Source: Balanoglossus misakiensis (lineage: Eukaryota > Animalia > Hemichordata). From it: a DNA stretch of 64,000 nucleotides. The notes under the pieces are model-generated. The model was not told the DNA's origin. It did not search any database and saw nothing but the letters and a program-made list of their open reading frames with translations. The translations under genes and the position numbers were made by a program. The DNA is taken from positions 10,295,129 to 10,359,128 of the forward strand of contig CM082576.2 in NCBI GenBank assembly GCA_040954595.2, in the 5' to 3' direction. Each line of letters opens with the position of its first letter. Within the stretch, counting starts at the first letter, position 1. This document shows, in pieces, positions 27,163 through 39,780 of the stretch.

Positions 27163-27844
27163 TTACCGGTAATCAAATTAAATTCGAAAAGACATCATTA
27201 AAAGTGCTGGTTAAAAATACACAAAAGAAAAAAATATTCTATACAAAAATGCATGTTTGCACAAGCAAAACAAAACAAACAATATATGTTTTCAAACATA
27301 CTTTTTAAAATAATCATGTCTAATAATATACTTCCGGCAGTTTTAGTCAATACAGGCGTCTCTCCAATGTGAAGAAAGATAACAGTTCAGTCAAAATAGG
27401 AGTATGTTTATCGTCTGCTAACAAAACATGCACAGTAAAACTAGAAATATAGAGACTGTTTCTAAGTGAAGGTCTGACCTGTTATAACAGCAGCTGGCGA
27501 ATGCTCTAGTAACAAAGCTTCGAAATTCATTTTGATGGTGGCATAATAATTTCAGCTGCTGGGGCCATGATTTTAATATTCAAAGCCAAAATATACATAC
27601 CATAAGCTCACCCAAACTTAATTACTAACTTCTTTTACATAATTATGTGACAATTCACATTCGGTACACTCAATTATTTTACCGTGTGCCTTTTGAAATA
27701 TCGTAACAGCAAATCTCATACTACTGTAACATATGTAAATATGCGTACAACAAGTAGACTGCTTAGTGTCTATACCACAAAGCAAGCAAATATTACACCA
27801 CTTGCCTTTGATTGGCATTACTTGAGAACATGATAATGTGCTAG

Positions 27845-28131
27845 TTAAAGCCCCTAGAGCTGCCAAATTTCACATCTTTTTTTTCCATAATAAAATACTT
27901 CAAATCTATTCCCTATCCTTTAAAATCCACACCATTAAGCCATGAGGCTGATTAAATCGGTGCGGCACCGGTTTAATATATAGCGTGTTTAAATCACTAC
28001 ATACAGCCACAATCGGACATCAATAAGACATGATGTATACCTATTACTTTAAGCTCATTTCCATGTACCAAGCTTCGTTGGAAAATTATCACGAAAAATA
28101 ATGCAAAAAGTGGCAGCTCTAGATGCTTTAA
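27845..28131. mobile_element. Kolobok-like TTAA-flanked MITE
   Basis: TTAA-AGCCCCTAGAGCTGCCA ... TGGCAGCTCTAGATGCT-TTAA inverted termini. Confidence 0.65.
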
Positions 28132-30461
28132 TTTGCACCCCAAACTCTAAATACACACCATTTGTCACGCTAAAATATATATTTTGCAGACCATCACCTT
28201 CACATCCTTAATTTACATCAAATGGAATTCAGAGTTTACAGGAGCTCCATATAATTGCATTGTACATGCATGATTACTCAATCGATTCAGTTGGTCAGTT
28301 TTTCACATCAACTACTCCCACAACATTTACAGAAATATTTCCTTCAACGAGAATTGAATAGAATATACCCCTATACCATTTACATTTACAAATTTATCCA
28401 AGGATACAGAGCACAAAATCTTGTGTTTAATATATATATATATTGATAAAGTAGTGAATAATACATATTTCAGTTATTGCTATATCTAAAAATACCATAT
28501 CTCTTTAAAAGTTGCTGGCACAGCTTTGATAATTTTCTTCATTTTCTGATGTGTTGTACATAAAAAATTATTAGCCATACGATTTGTAGTTCAAACTTTT
28601 AGTTTTACCATGCTCAGACCATGCATGCAGGCATGTCCGTTTTGTTTACCAATAAAGTTGAACATGGGCACACAACGGTCATTACCATGGGAATGCAACA
28701 TGCATGACTATATATATAGGCACAGTTACTGTTGATATATTGATTATATTTCTCATTATTATTTTGTTGATAAAACAATCAATACCCGTATTGATGGTAC
28801 ATGTATAATCACCAGTCCAGAATATCTATGCTGGTTTAATAACTTTTGTTTATCACTGTATTGCCGAGTTTTTTGGCCCATATTTATTTGCTTGATACAA
28901 ACAGCCACTGCTCATACGGTACATTTGTACTTACTTAAACAAGCTATCATCTTAGAAGGCAGAGAGAGAAAAAACTGATTGACATATTGCATTGACCAAG
29001 TTGGATAAATGCCCACACTGTGCATTGTCAATACTCTCAACAGTATATGCAAATATAACAGTTCAGTTAATGACCTGATATAAATATAACTATGGTTTTC
29101 ATCCGTGCCCAGAGTTCAAAATTAGAAAGCAGTATCATTAACTGTTAGCTTCACTGCTTTAGGTGTATTTTGCTCAGAGGAACACCTGATTGTTCTGTGA
29201 AAGGCACTTTTTCCCAATTCAGAAACTTTTCATACATCCCCCATAACTAGCATATTTAGGTGGCAGGAAATTCTGACCACATACCCCCCAGTATTACCTC
29301 TAACAGCAAGTAAGTGCATTTGAGGCCACACTATTTTATAACAAGCATGATTTTTAAAAGCCCTGGGTCAGGGTCACCTTGACAATTTGATAGAATTCCC
29401 TGTACATCAGCCAAATGCTACTTTTACATCATGTGAAATGTATCTGTTGTGTCATCAGTAGAAAGTTGCTGAGTCAGTGGGTGTGTCATGCTGGCTTCGA
29501 AGGCACACTGTAACTAGATATAAGTCTGGGAACAGTTTATATAAAGGTAGACGACAGCCAAGCTCTGGGTCAGTTGTAACTGCTGGCAAAGTGTGGAAGA
29601 TTATACCACATGTTATGTTATACGTTATGTTATTCTATGTTTATGTTATGTTGCCACATTCCAGATGGCCATTTTGAACATTTTGGGATTAATGGCTGGA
29701 ATGCCTGTCCAATTACGAATATTAAAATTTCAATGAAGGCAGACTTTTGCGTCTAAAAATTGTTTCTCTATCGCTCAAAAGGTTACCCTGTGTAAAAGTA
29801 GTTCTATAGGGAAGACTACAAAGGAATGTGTCAGAATGCATTATCAATTTGTGTAGTTCCGGTAACTTTAAAATACAAATCTCTAAACACTGGGCAGTTT
29901 GGGGACGCAACAAGCACCCATAACTCACGAATCACACAAATTATTTCATGATTAAAAAGAAAATAGGTGCCTCTTCGTGATTCAGTACCACACACATCAC
30001 GGAAAGTTGGCTTCAATTTTTTTTACAGATTCCAGGGGGGGGGGGGGGGGGGAAACACACATTTTTTCATCATGAGTGAGTGTGTGCATGTGAAACTTTT
30101 AGATAAGTGCAATATACACTCAGTGTGTACTGACAGTGTGATATTTCCAGGTCATTTTACCCTAGAGGGTAGACCACATACTGCAGTTGTATGCACCCCA
30201 CTTCTGACATCACTGTAAATCATTAATATATATTAGCGCTAGTGTCCTTGTGCACACCAGTCTGTGTGGAAAGGTGAAAATACCACAGCCAATCACGTAC
30301 TATGTAAAAAAAAAAAGCCCACTGGGGATAAAAATATCAGTTGTACCACCACATGTAGTGGCTATAACTGTGTGGGCTGTCATTTAAAAACAAAACACTT
30401 CAAGGTTTTAAAAAAGTCTCTTAGAGCCCTGGCATTCTATCAAGTGATTCATCCCACTTTT

Positions 30462-33400
30462 TCAACTTTTTATAAGCGACAGAAATTCCTCTCTGGTCTT
30501 TGGGTCTTCTCTGAAATATCCCAGCATGCAGCTTGTAACCGTCTTGCTGTTGAGCTTTTGGACGCCTCGCATCACCATACACATGTGTCTGTGGGGTGGG
30601 CGAGTAGACAAAAAAAGGTAGACAATCGGTTATTTGAGTTGATCTGATAGGAAATAATATCACCGGGAACTGAGACAACTCAATATGGGGTGTACAATTT
30701 TTAAGGAATAGATTAAGAAATCATAAAAACTTTAACTGATTCCAGAGTGGGTACAGGTTTCTGAATTCTGCCACAGTTTAATATTTCTAAAGGAAAACTT
30801 GTAAGATGTGGCCAAAAATCTTCAATTTTTTCAAATGCAGTAAAAAATACAAATTATGCAAATTAGTAATTAACATGAATGCTGGGAGCTCAAAACATTG
30901 TCAATGTTTTAGGGAATACTCACGAAGCTTCCACTACAACCCCTACACCAGCAGGTGCAACAGCTTCAGTTAGCGCTATGGCAATCTGTTTGGTCAGCCT
31001 TTCTTGAACTGAAACCAAAAAAAAACCCAGAAGCTATCATCAAAAGACAGTAAAATTAGCCATTAATTAGTTAAAGTGGTCCAAACTTTCTGTTTCTTGA
31101 ATGTTAAAACATCACATTGGGGCATCATGACCAGTACAGCCATGTCAAAATATCTTCAAAACAACAGACAGCTGTCGTCTACACCAAACCCTTTTTGAAC
31201 CAAATTATCGCATATTTGCCAAAGTTCTAGTAGCTTTCCCTTTTGACATTTGAGTACATAACCTCTTGAAACAAAATAAAGCAAAATACTGGCATCAAGC
31301 CACGACTGAAGTTGTATATTCATAAGATAATTTATGAGTCACCCAACAGAATCATAACTCGTGTATTCAACATGAATGCATATATATTTCAACAATGTAT
31401 CTCCACAAGGACATGACTATCTTGTTTGCAAGTATATCTATTGCTACACACTCAGCACTATATATAGATACAGGACAATAATTCACAGCTAAAAGTGAAC
31501 ACCCAACTCAAATGCTGGTACATGCATGTATTTACAGCTGTACCTACCCTGCAATCTCCTGCTGAACATTTCAACAATTCTGAACAGAGAAAAGAAATAA
31601 ATTATGAGTTTTGTTATCATGGAAGAAAGCCCAGGGACCATTCATTCAATGGCTGGGATTAGTGGACGCGTGGCATGATGGCAGAAAAACTGGTCATGAA
31701 CTTTGCTGTCGTCAATGTCAATTTCGGTATGAATAACTGAGCCAGCTATCAAACAATAAATAATTCTTCTAAATACATCAATTTACCTGTCATCAGGAAA
31801 TCTATGGTGAAAGTGCTGACTTTTACAATAGATTGAGGCTCAGAAAGCTAACCAACTCCCTCAGTCTTGCACACATGTACAGAACTTAAAATTCATGCAC
31901 ATGTACTCACCTTGCAATCTTACTCAGACCGATAACTCTTTTATTTGGAAGGTACCCAATATGAACCTGCGATAGAGATGACATTTCAGTTGGTGTAATC
32001 TTGTCTTTATACTGACATGGAGATCAAAAGATTTCCGTAGGTCTCAGATTTAGTAAGAAAGTAATACTTGTGAACTCATATTTTACGTATAGATAAAGGC
32101 AAGTAAATTTTCACCCATATAACAAAGGACCTGAACAGGCCTGGAGGGAAAAAATAGCTGGACGTGAGTTGTGAGAAAAACTATAGAGTGAAACATGTCA
32201 CTTTACCTTGCCTACAAATGGCACAAGATGATGTTCACACATCGAGAACATTTCTATGTCTTTAACAACAACCAGTTCATCATGATCTTCATCAAACACT
32301 GCATCGTTGAGAATATCTGTACGTTAAAAAAAAAGAATGATGTGGTCTGTTTCAGTGCATTGTTCTGTGCTTTCATTGGTGCTCTGAATGCTTGTAAAGA
32401 ACGTTGAAGTAAATGAACTGTAGGACTGAGGGAAATTTTTTGTGACAGGAAAAAGACATGAATGATTCAACCTGTTACGACATTAGAATTAATGATGCAA
32501 TAATTCAAACACAAGCTCTACGCACTAACGAATATCGTAAATGTATCCGACATAATTGGCACGAGGTCTTGCTTTATTAACGAATAAACTTTGATGAATG
32601 AGAACGCGTCCGCTACGCCTCCGTGAAATCGATGAGTGCTAACAATGAAAACTCATTCACAGCCGCTATAACTGTCAATTCCATAATAGTATTTATTTGA
32701 GTGTCATTAGCTGGGGGAACACTCGACTACATAATAGGTTGGGGCTACATTATGAGGAATATTTGATCTGCAAGCACTTGAAGTTATGGAGTGGTGGAAA
32801 TGTACACACGGTTTTTGCGTCAATACTTTAGAATATATATGCATAGGTGTAAGGACCTGTACAATATGGATTTGCTCTCACAGTCTTGTCTGCATTGACT
32901 GAAACAGATTTGGCAAAATATTTGTAACATTCTGTGCACAGAGAACTGTTTTTTGAACTGCCCATCAAAACACCAGAACTGCAGACAAGTAGCGCATTTG
33001 ATCAACATCAACATATATTTAACTATATTACATGTATAAAGAAAGATATTTGAATTCACTGTGACATTACTATTTTACCTCGATAAAATTCGACATATCA
33101 CACTGCACACATTTGCTGTTATTTTACTGTAAAACTTAAATAGCTAAACCATTAGACAGTTATTTTCTCTTTCTTCAGGAATATACAGCCAACAACCTGT
33201 TTTGAGATGAGTCAATAGTATTTTCATCAAGATAATTTTGGAAAAGAAAGGGAAGTGATATCTTTATACTGGAGGGTATATTAATATCACATGTTTGTTG
33301 AAGATTTACTGGTTATTTTGCTGGCCAGATGCAGTACAGTACTGTAGAGTGACTGACTCAATCTCAGAGAGCTGATGTTCAGTCCTTGTCAACTGTACAG

Positions 33401-36400
33401 TGCACACACGCCTCAATGTGTCTGCCATATTAGGACTCCATGGCCTCATTTGCATACTTATTGTACAGTGCATACAGAAACATATACTGTATGATAGAAC
33501 CGCTTTGGTTCCGGCAATACCGTCGGTGCGCAATAAAACTTTCTATTTTCTATATAAACATGCCGTGATACATGGAGATTCAAATGGCAGCTCTGGATTT
33601 TGGGGACACCTGTTAAATATTCTCTTGTGAATATTAAAATCATTCCCAATTTTATGATAATTTGCTTGTATGTGTGAAACTTTCTTTAGGGTCTGTATAT
33701 ATAATACGTTGAGCGGACAGCTATTTTTTCACCATCTTTTATAATTGATTCATACTCGTTCTTATTTGCTATTTATATATTATTAAGATGAATGCAGTGA
33801 ATACAGTATTACTGCATAATACCTGATGAGATTACTTCACACATACAATAGTAGCCGTGTCTTTCCTTTCTTCTTCTTGTGTTGCATTACTTGGAAGATT
33901 AATTAAAGACTGGCAAGGGAGACCGCTAAATCATAGAATGCATTTATGAGCCGATATGAGCGAGCCATCTTAAAATAATCAATTTTCTGCAGATTTTCCC
34001 ACTAGCAGTCCGACTTAAAATAGATTCACATTCAAACACAATACAGGATCCCGTCCGCGAAACGACCACAGAATTAATTCGCTAAAAGTCCCGATTTCCC
34101 ATTCATCTTGATTTTCACGTCACCATGGAAACCCAAAGAGCAAGTGTCCCTGAATCTCTGCCAATGGTGTACGTGTGTGTGTGTGTGTCTATATATATAT
34201 ATGTGTATTGTTGGCGTATGTTGAACTGCCCGTTGACGCTATGAACCAGGAATGTCTTTTCAGCCGAGTGGGAGAAGGAATTAGAGGCGAGCGTGCCGTC
34301 ATTGTTTCCAGTGATGGAGCAAGCGGAGGAGTAGTGAATCGTTTCCAAGGAAGTGGCGGAGTCGCCTGATGGAGAAATTGATTGAGAGAAGAGAAACCAG
34401 GAAGCAACGCTCAATCAGCGCCGCTTAGAGACCTCCTGTGGAGGACTTCGAACCCCTGACGTCAAAAGGGACTTTTTCCAAATCAACTGTGAATTATACG
34501 ACTGAATCATGTGAACTGTAAATATTTGAGTCAGATCAATTCCAGTGGCCGCTATTCATTCATGATGCTATTAAAGCACTATTTACACAAGGTTCACATT
34601 GACAAAAGACAAACAGTTCGACAACAAGTAAATGTGAAATGTGAAGGGGTTATAGTAGAAATTCAGGGAGAAACTGACTATGCACCCCCACCTCGCAGTT
34701 TTGTTTGTACGAAAATATGCACTTCCTATAGTTAAAAACAAGAACTGAACTTTCACAGTGAGATGCTCATCAAAATCAAAACCAAAATAATATAATTTCA
34801 AACTGTAACATGTCTGTCTTTTATTCTCGCAAGGTGAGTTTTCCAATGCCCACCAACAGAATTTCTAATACTGTTATTTGCGCGAGCAATAAATTTTCGC
34901 GAAATACGCGAGAGCCAGAAAAAAATGTGAAAATAAAAAGTCCCGTAAAATGTTTTTCGGAGATAACGATGCAGTATATGAAATAAGAGAACGTGAAAAT
35001 TAATCCTTGCATAAAAGTTGCCTCTTTTGATATTGCGAAAATTTCCTGTCATGAAAATAACCTGTTTTACAGTATTCACAAGTAATACTGACTGCCAAGG
35101 GAAAAAAATCATCAAGTGAGAAATTTTGCTTGATAATCATTAAGTTACAGTGTGTGACATCACAGGGCCATGGTGACCAATACTATATTCCCCTTTTGCG
35201 ACTGCAAACACTTCAACCCCACATTTACAGTTCCTGTGACGTCAGCAACTGTTGCATTTTGGAGTAGCTGTAAGCAAATGGCATGAATGAGTTGATTAAA
35301 CTCTCAAGACACTATGACGACAGAACTTCTGTGTTACATATTAAGCTGTTGCTTTTTTTTAAACAGATGGACTTTGTTTGAACACCACTTGACGTGCAGT
35401 TTTTTATATTTTAAATAAGCTAATTATGAAATAAGAGTAGGCATTCACGTCTACAGTTTATGAGGGTGAACATCCAGAATACATTTATTTTAAATATGGA
35501 AAATGAAAATTACCTGGGGTTTCATATTATTTGCCCTCACAAAAATATATTATTATATATAATCCCATGATATCTTTCTTTGTTTGATGTCATCGTATAC
35601 GAGTGGTTTTCGCGGAGCAGTGCAACTTCGAGCCGCAGGATTAGTACGTTCTCACAGCGAACTTTCAACAGACTAAACTAGCATTAAAGGGCAGGTTTGG
35701 GTTATGTTCTAACAACATGGGTGTACAGAACACAGTTTTAAACACCATGCAATTACTGTAAAACACTTTATTTTCGCGAGCATTAAATTTACGCTAAATA
35801 CGCGAGAGCCAAAAAAATGCGAAATAAAGACTCGCGTCCAATGTGTGAAAACGCGAAAATTAATACTCGCGTAACGGTGGCCTCTCTCGATATCGCGAAA
35901 ATTTTTACTCGCGAAAAAAAGTGTTTTACAGTAGTTCCTGCAGAGCGGTCATTGGCTGAATGGCTAAGCTACTGACATGACTGTACATGTAAACAACAAT
36001 CATCTGTTGAGACAAGAATAGTAATTACACTTCGGAAGGATGAGAATATCCTAAAATACATGATGAACGGGACAACATTTTCAGCACAGTTGCTGTAAAA
36101 GCTTAAAATATGACACCTTGCAATATCAATTACAGGATTGGCATTACCATCAATCACCTCGTGTTTATAGTTACAGATGTCTATACCACTGAAACTGCCT
36201 TTATCACACATGATTTCATAACAGAAAAGGTGTTGATAACAGCTGAAGCACACTGATCTCCACCCACAGTGAATAGAAGGCATACATTGCCAATACATAA
36301 AATACTTTTAGCATATTTTAAATCAATAACATATTTCAATGAATCTTCTCCTTTTCCTTAGTCGACAGATGACAACATTTTAAAACTTGAATTTGTAACG

Positions 36401-39400
36401 AATCTAATACCCATGTGTGTATAACACAATAGCGGTGTACTTTTACAATTGCCGGCTGAATAAACGGGTGTGGCACCCATTTATTAACTTGTTTATTATC
36501 TATCAATGTACAGCCACAATCATAGGTTGATATCATGTTTTGTGCATACCCATCAGTAAAGCCCATTCAAAGAAAGCATTTTAAGTTTGCAAGTAAACTC
36601 ATGAAAATAATGCAAAGAATGGCAGCTATTGGGGCTTTAATGGCCCTTTGATCCAAACCTCGAACCTGTACCAATTTCCAGAATCAATTTAAAATGAACC
36701 GGCTACATCTGAACTTCTGTTCACGTTGCACAAATTATTATTGCCCAAGGACCAGCTTAATTTTTATGCCATCTATTTTCTGTTAGCCGGGAGACAGCTA
36801 TCTAAGATGAAAATTCCACAAGGGATACATGTACCTGGTACTTTCTATTGCATACATGATCACGATATCATGGTGTAGATGAATACAAGTTGGTGTATAT
36901 GCAAGTTGGTGTATTGTGTCTATGTAACTGGGTCAGACTTAGAAATTGAGCCACCTCACTTAATCTTACGAGCGGTTTTCAGGTTTGGGTTTTACTGAAG
37001 TGACGTCATATCTGTGGTCTATTCGCCAAACAAATTGAACTGTAAATTCGTTTCTTGCCCCATGGACCTGCTCAGAGGACCTGTGTACTTCAAACTTTTA
37101 AGTCCATGGTGTCACAGACTTCAATGACCTATACCGTACAATGACCCATGCAATATACTACACTACATATACATTGCACTGACCAATAAAATTAACAGTA
37201 AATGAAACAGTAACTCTTTTTAAAATCAGTCTTGCATGAAGTTTTTACTGACTACAGCACATACTGATGTACACATTAAGTGATATATTCATTTTGCCCT
37301 CAATACTAGTACATACAATGTATAGGGTTACAGGTAAACAACAGTCCACTGCCATATGTAGACCACAGAACTTTATAGCAGTGACCTGTTTGTTTATGGT
37401 GTGATTTGCATTCCTTCTGCAACAAGGTCCCATCTATCCCACATGCCAATCTGATTAAGATCAGATGCAGGGTACGGCGACGTCTTCTACTTGCGCTGCA
37501 TGGTATTCTCTTATTCTGTCTCACACTACATATTAGAGAATACCGCGTAGGGCAAGTAAAAGACCTCACTGTACCCTACACATCTGATTTTAATCAGATT
37601 GTCCCACATGTATACATCTGCTGGGTTTATAATCCCACAAGTAAAGTCTCATTTTGGGTGTATCTCTTTGCAGGTAAAAGGAGTGCGAAATCTGTAAGAA
37701 ACTACCAGCTACCAATTTTGTTTGTAAATGTTTGTAAACTGTGACTCCCCCCATCCCACCCCTTCGTTATAATTGACAGCTCCCTTAAAATGATGTCATG
37801 GAGAAAAATGAAATCATTCAAGCACTGGAAAGCAAGGCGCTTGTAAAAAGTTGACGGTTCTGCATTATGGACCTTGATTTTATCCAGTGGTTTAGAAGCA
37901 AGCACCAACACACATGTCCACTAAATAGGATGTGCAACAGGTGTGATATGTGAATGGCTGTATATGTGTATAGTGGTCGCTCGGGGAACTTGAGCAAAGT
38001 GGCCGCTATATAAGTGAGGTGGCCTTTACATGCATATAGTGGGTGGGCGTGTCTACATATATTTTGAGTGGGCGGGGCAGTTTGAAAGTTGAGGCAAGGG
38101 ACTATACTGAAAGAGCAGAACATTACTATATTTGAGTTTTTGGAATAAGTGATGCAACATCTGATGTAATTATCACTTCCTTTTCATATAGCTAATCCAG
38201 ATACTAATTAAGTGTCAACTAAACTAGCTGGAATAGGAAAATGTATGTAAACCATGACACTGTACAAAAAGTAGACTCAGGGCATCCGAGTACTACCTGG
38301 TAGTACCAGCATTAAAACATTCCTCTTTCTAAAAATACTAGACTCGTGAATGGGAAGGACACTTGATCTAAAGAACACACTATACTCTGCATGCCCCCAA
38401 CACCATCACTGTCACTTACTCATCTGATGTCACGTACTCCGGCACAATTAAAGATAAAACGTCACTCCTAATTTTGAATACGTACATCTAACAGATTTCT
38501 GATTGATTGCATTTGAACTAATTACAATCTTACGGCCAATTCAGAAAAACTTGCCACATTTTGTCTTAAAGGGACAAAGTTGCTCACTTTTGACATTATT
38601 TTGGTTATTTTAGTTTCATTTGATAGTTTTGAGTATTTATGTTGATTACTCGCTGAAACCATGCTCGGTGACTTGTTATACCATGGAGCTTTATTCAACA
38701 TGGAAATTATATGAGGCACTTTGACTTTTTTCTCAACAAAGTCCCATCAACATGATAAATTAAGCCCCCCCCCCCTCTCTTCAGATACAACATTGTTCAA
38801 GACCCTACCCCCCCCCCCAATTCTCCCACCCAAAGCTGGGGTGTTTGTGCTGCGGGAGGTGGTGGGCACACCTCCCGGCGTTTTGGCATGGCGTTGAATC
38901 TGTCCACTGTAATTTCGCCCAGTCAAGTCCACAGGTTGTTGCAGTCCGTCCCTCTATTCCTCTCGGAAGAATTAAGCCGGGGATGGTAGGGCTACGGATC
39001 CGCAGCAAGTTGTTCACCGAGAGGCGGGGATGCGATGAAGTACTGTTTCACGGCGATCGACAAGGTTGCGAACGACCTTTCCGTTCGTGATCAAGTATAG
39101 CACGGTCACTGACCGTGTCTACACCATAGCCTGGGCTACCTGAAGGCTGAAGTGAGAGCGAGTAAGACAATGAAGAACACCGTGATTTACAACAAGGGTG
39201 AATGAAAACTCACCATCAATTCTTTCCTCGTAACCTTTTGTGAAAAACATCAATGCCTTGGCCGCTCTCTCGGGCGTTTTCAAAAGCCCCTGCCTCGTCG
39301 GGTCTTCCCCGACACTTTTGATCAGACTTCTATAACTATCTTCCATGGTCGGTAGTGTCTCCCCCGACTCTTGCCGCGTCGCAGTCGGCAATCCCTCGTC

Positions 39401-39580
39401 GCGATCTATGGAGCGGGCCCGCTGTCTTCTCGACGGATAAGACGGATCGGAATCGAAGACTCCACTTTTGGCCAATTTCAGTCTTCGCGTCTGCCTTATC
39501 AAGTCTGCCTCTCCCGTCACTTTGTTCGTATCAATGTGATCGTCCTCGGACGATGAGCGCTTGTAATCAACACTCGTCAT
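30462..39580 (-). CDS. GCH1: GTP cyclohydrolase 1 (first step of BH4/pterin synthesis), complete, 6 exons, 258 aa
   Basis: Exons (minus): 39214-39580, 32207-32316, 31911-31966, 31548-31579, 30924-31008, 30462-30588 (777 nt incl. TGA). Motifs: [128 protein letters not shown]. The Zn-ligand CEHH and HMC motifs are intact. Confidence 0.98.
34172..34202. repeat. (GT)n(AT)n compound microsatellite
   Basis: Directly visible. Confidence 0.75.
34869..35074. mobile_element. Related, more diverged copy of the CTGTAAAA-type MITE
   Basis: Shares AAATACGCGAGAGCCA and the right terminus TGTTTTACAGTA with 35754-35933. Confidence 0.65.
35754..35933. mobile_element. TA-flanked CTGTAAAA-type MITE with internal CGCGAAA repeats
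   Basis: TACTGTAAAACAC...GTGTTTTACAGTA inverted termini and repeated (T)CGCGAAA motifs. Confidence 0.75.
36300..36640. mobile_element. 5'-truncated copy of the same Kolobok-like MITE (GCH1 intron 1)
   Basis: TTTTAGCATATTTT...AATCTTCTCCTTTTC matches 26868-26918, and the copy ends GAAAATAATGCAAAGAATGGCAGCTATTGGGGCTTTAA. Confidence 0.5.
37447..37601. mobile_element. CAATCTGATT-terminated hairpin MITE, copy 2 (GCH1 intron 1)
   Basis: Long imperfect TIRs CAATCTGATTAAGATCAGATGCAGGGTAC / GTACCCTACACATCTGATTTTAATCAGATTG. 10-bp TSD TCCCACATGC/TCCCACATGT. A partial third copy starts at 51461. Confidence 0.75.
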
Positions 39581-39689
39581 TGTTTTGAGTCCCTAACTTC
39601 AGTGCCCTATGTCACAACTACCGGCGTGGATATGATTCGCCGCTTCTCTGCAGCAAAACCCATCAACTAAGTAAACTGCACGCAGTGGA

Positions 39690-39780
39690 GGAAAATGTTT
39701 TGCGCATGCGTCCCCGGAAATAGCCATGTAGATTGCAGGAGAGATACGATTGGAGATTCCGTACGTTGCCATGGTAGCGC
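39690..39780 (-). promoter_or_regulatory. Putative GCH1 proximal promoter: NRF1-like TGCGCATGCG (39701-39710), ETS-like CCGGAA, X-box-like GTTGCCATGGTAGC (39765-39778)
   Basis: Motif matches 120-200 bp upstream of the GCH1 ATG within a CpG-rich stretch. Confidence 0.45.

Noticed and set aside
34443-34456. tRNA or tRNA-derived SINE (B-box-like GGTTCGAAGTCC on the minus strand)
   Set aside because: No A-box or cloverleaf could be built.
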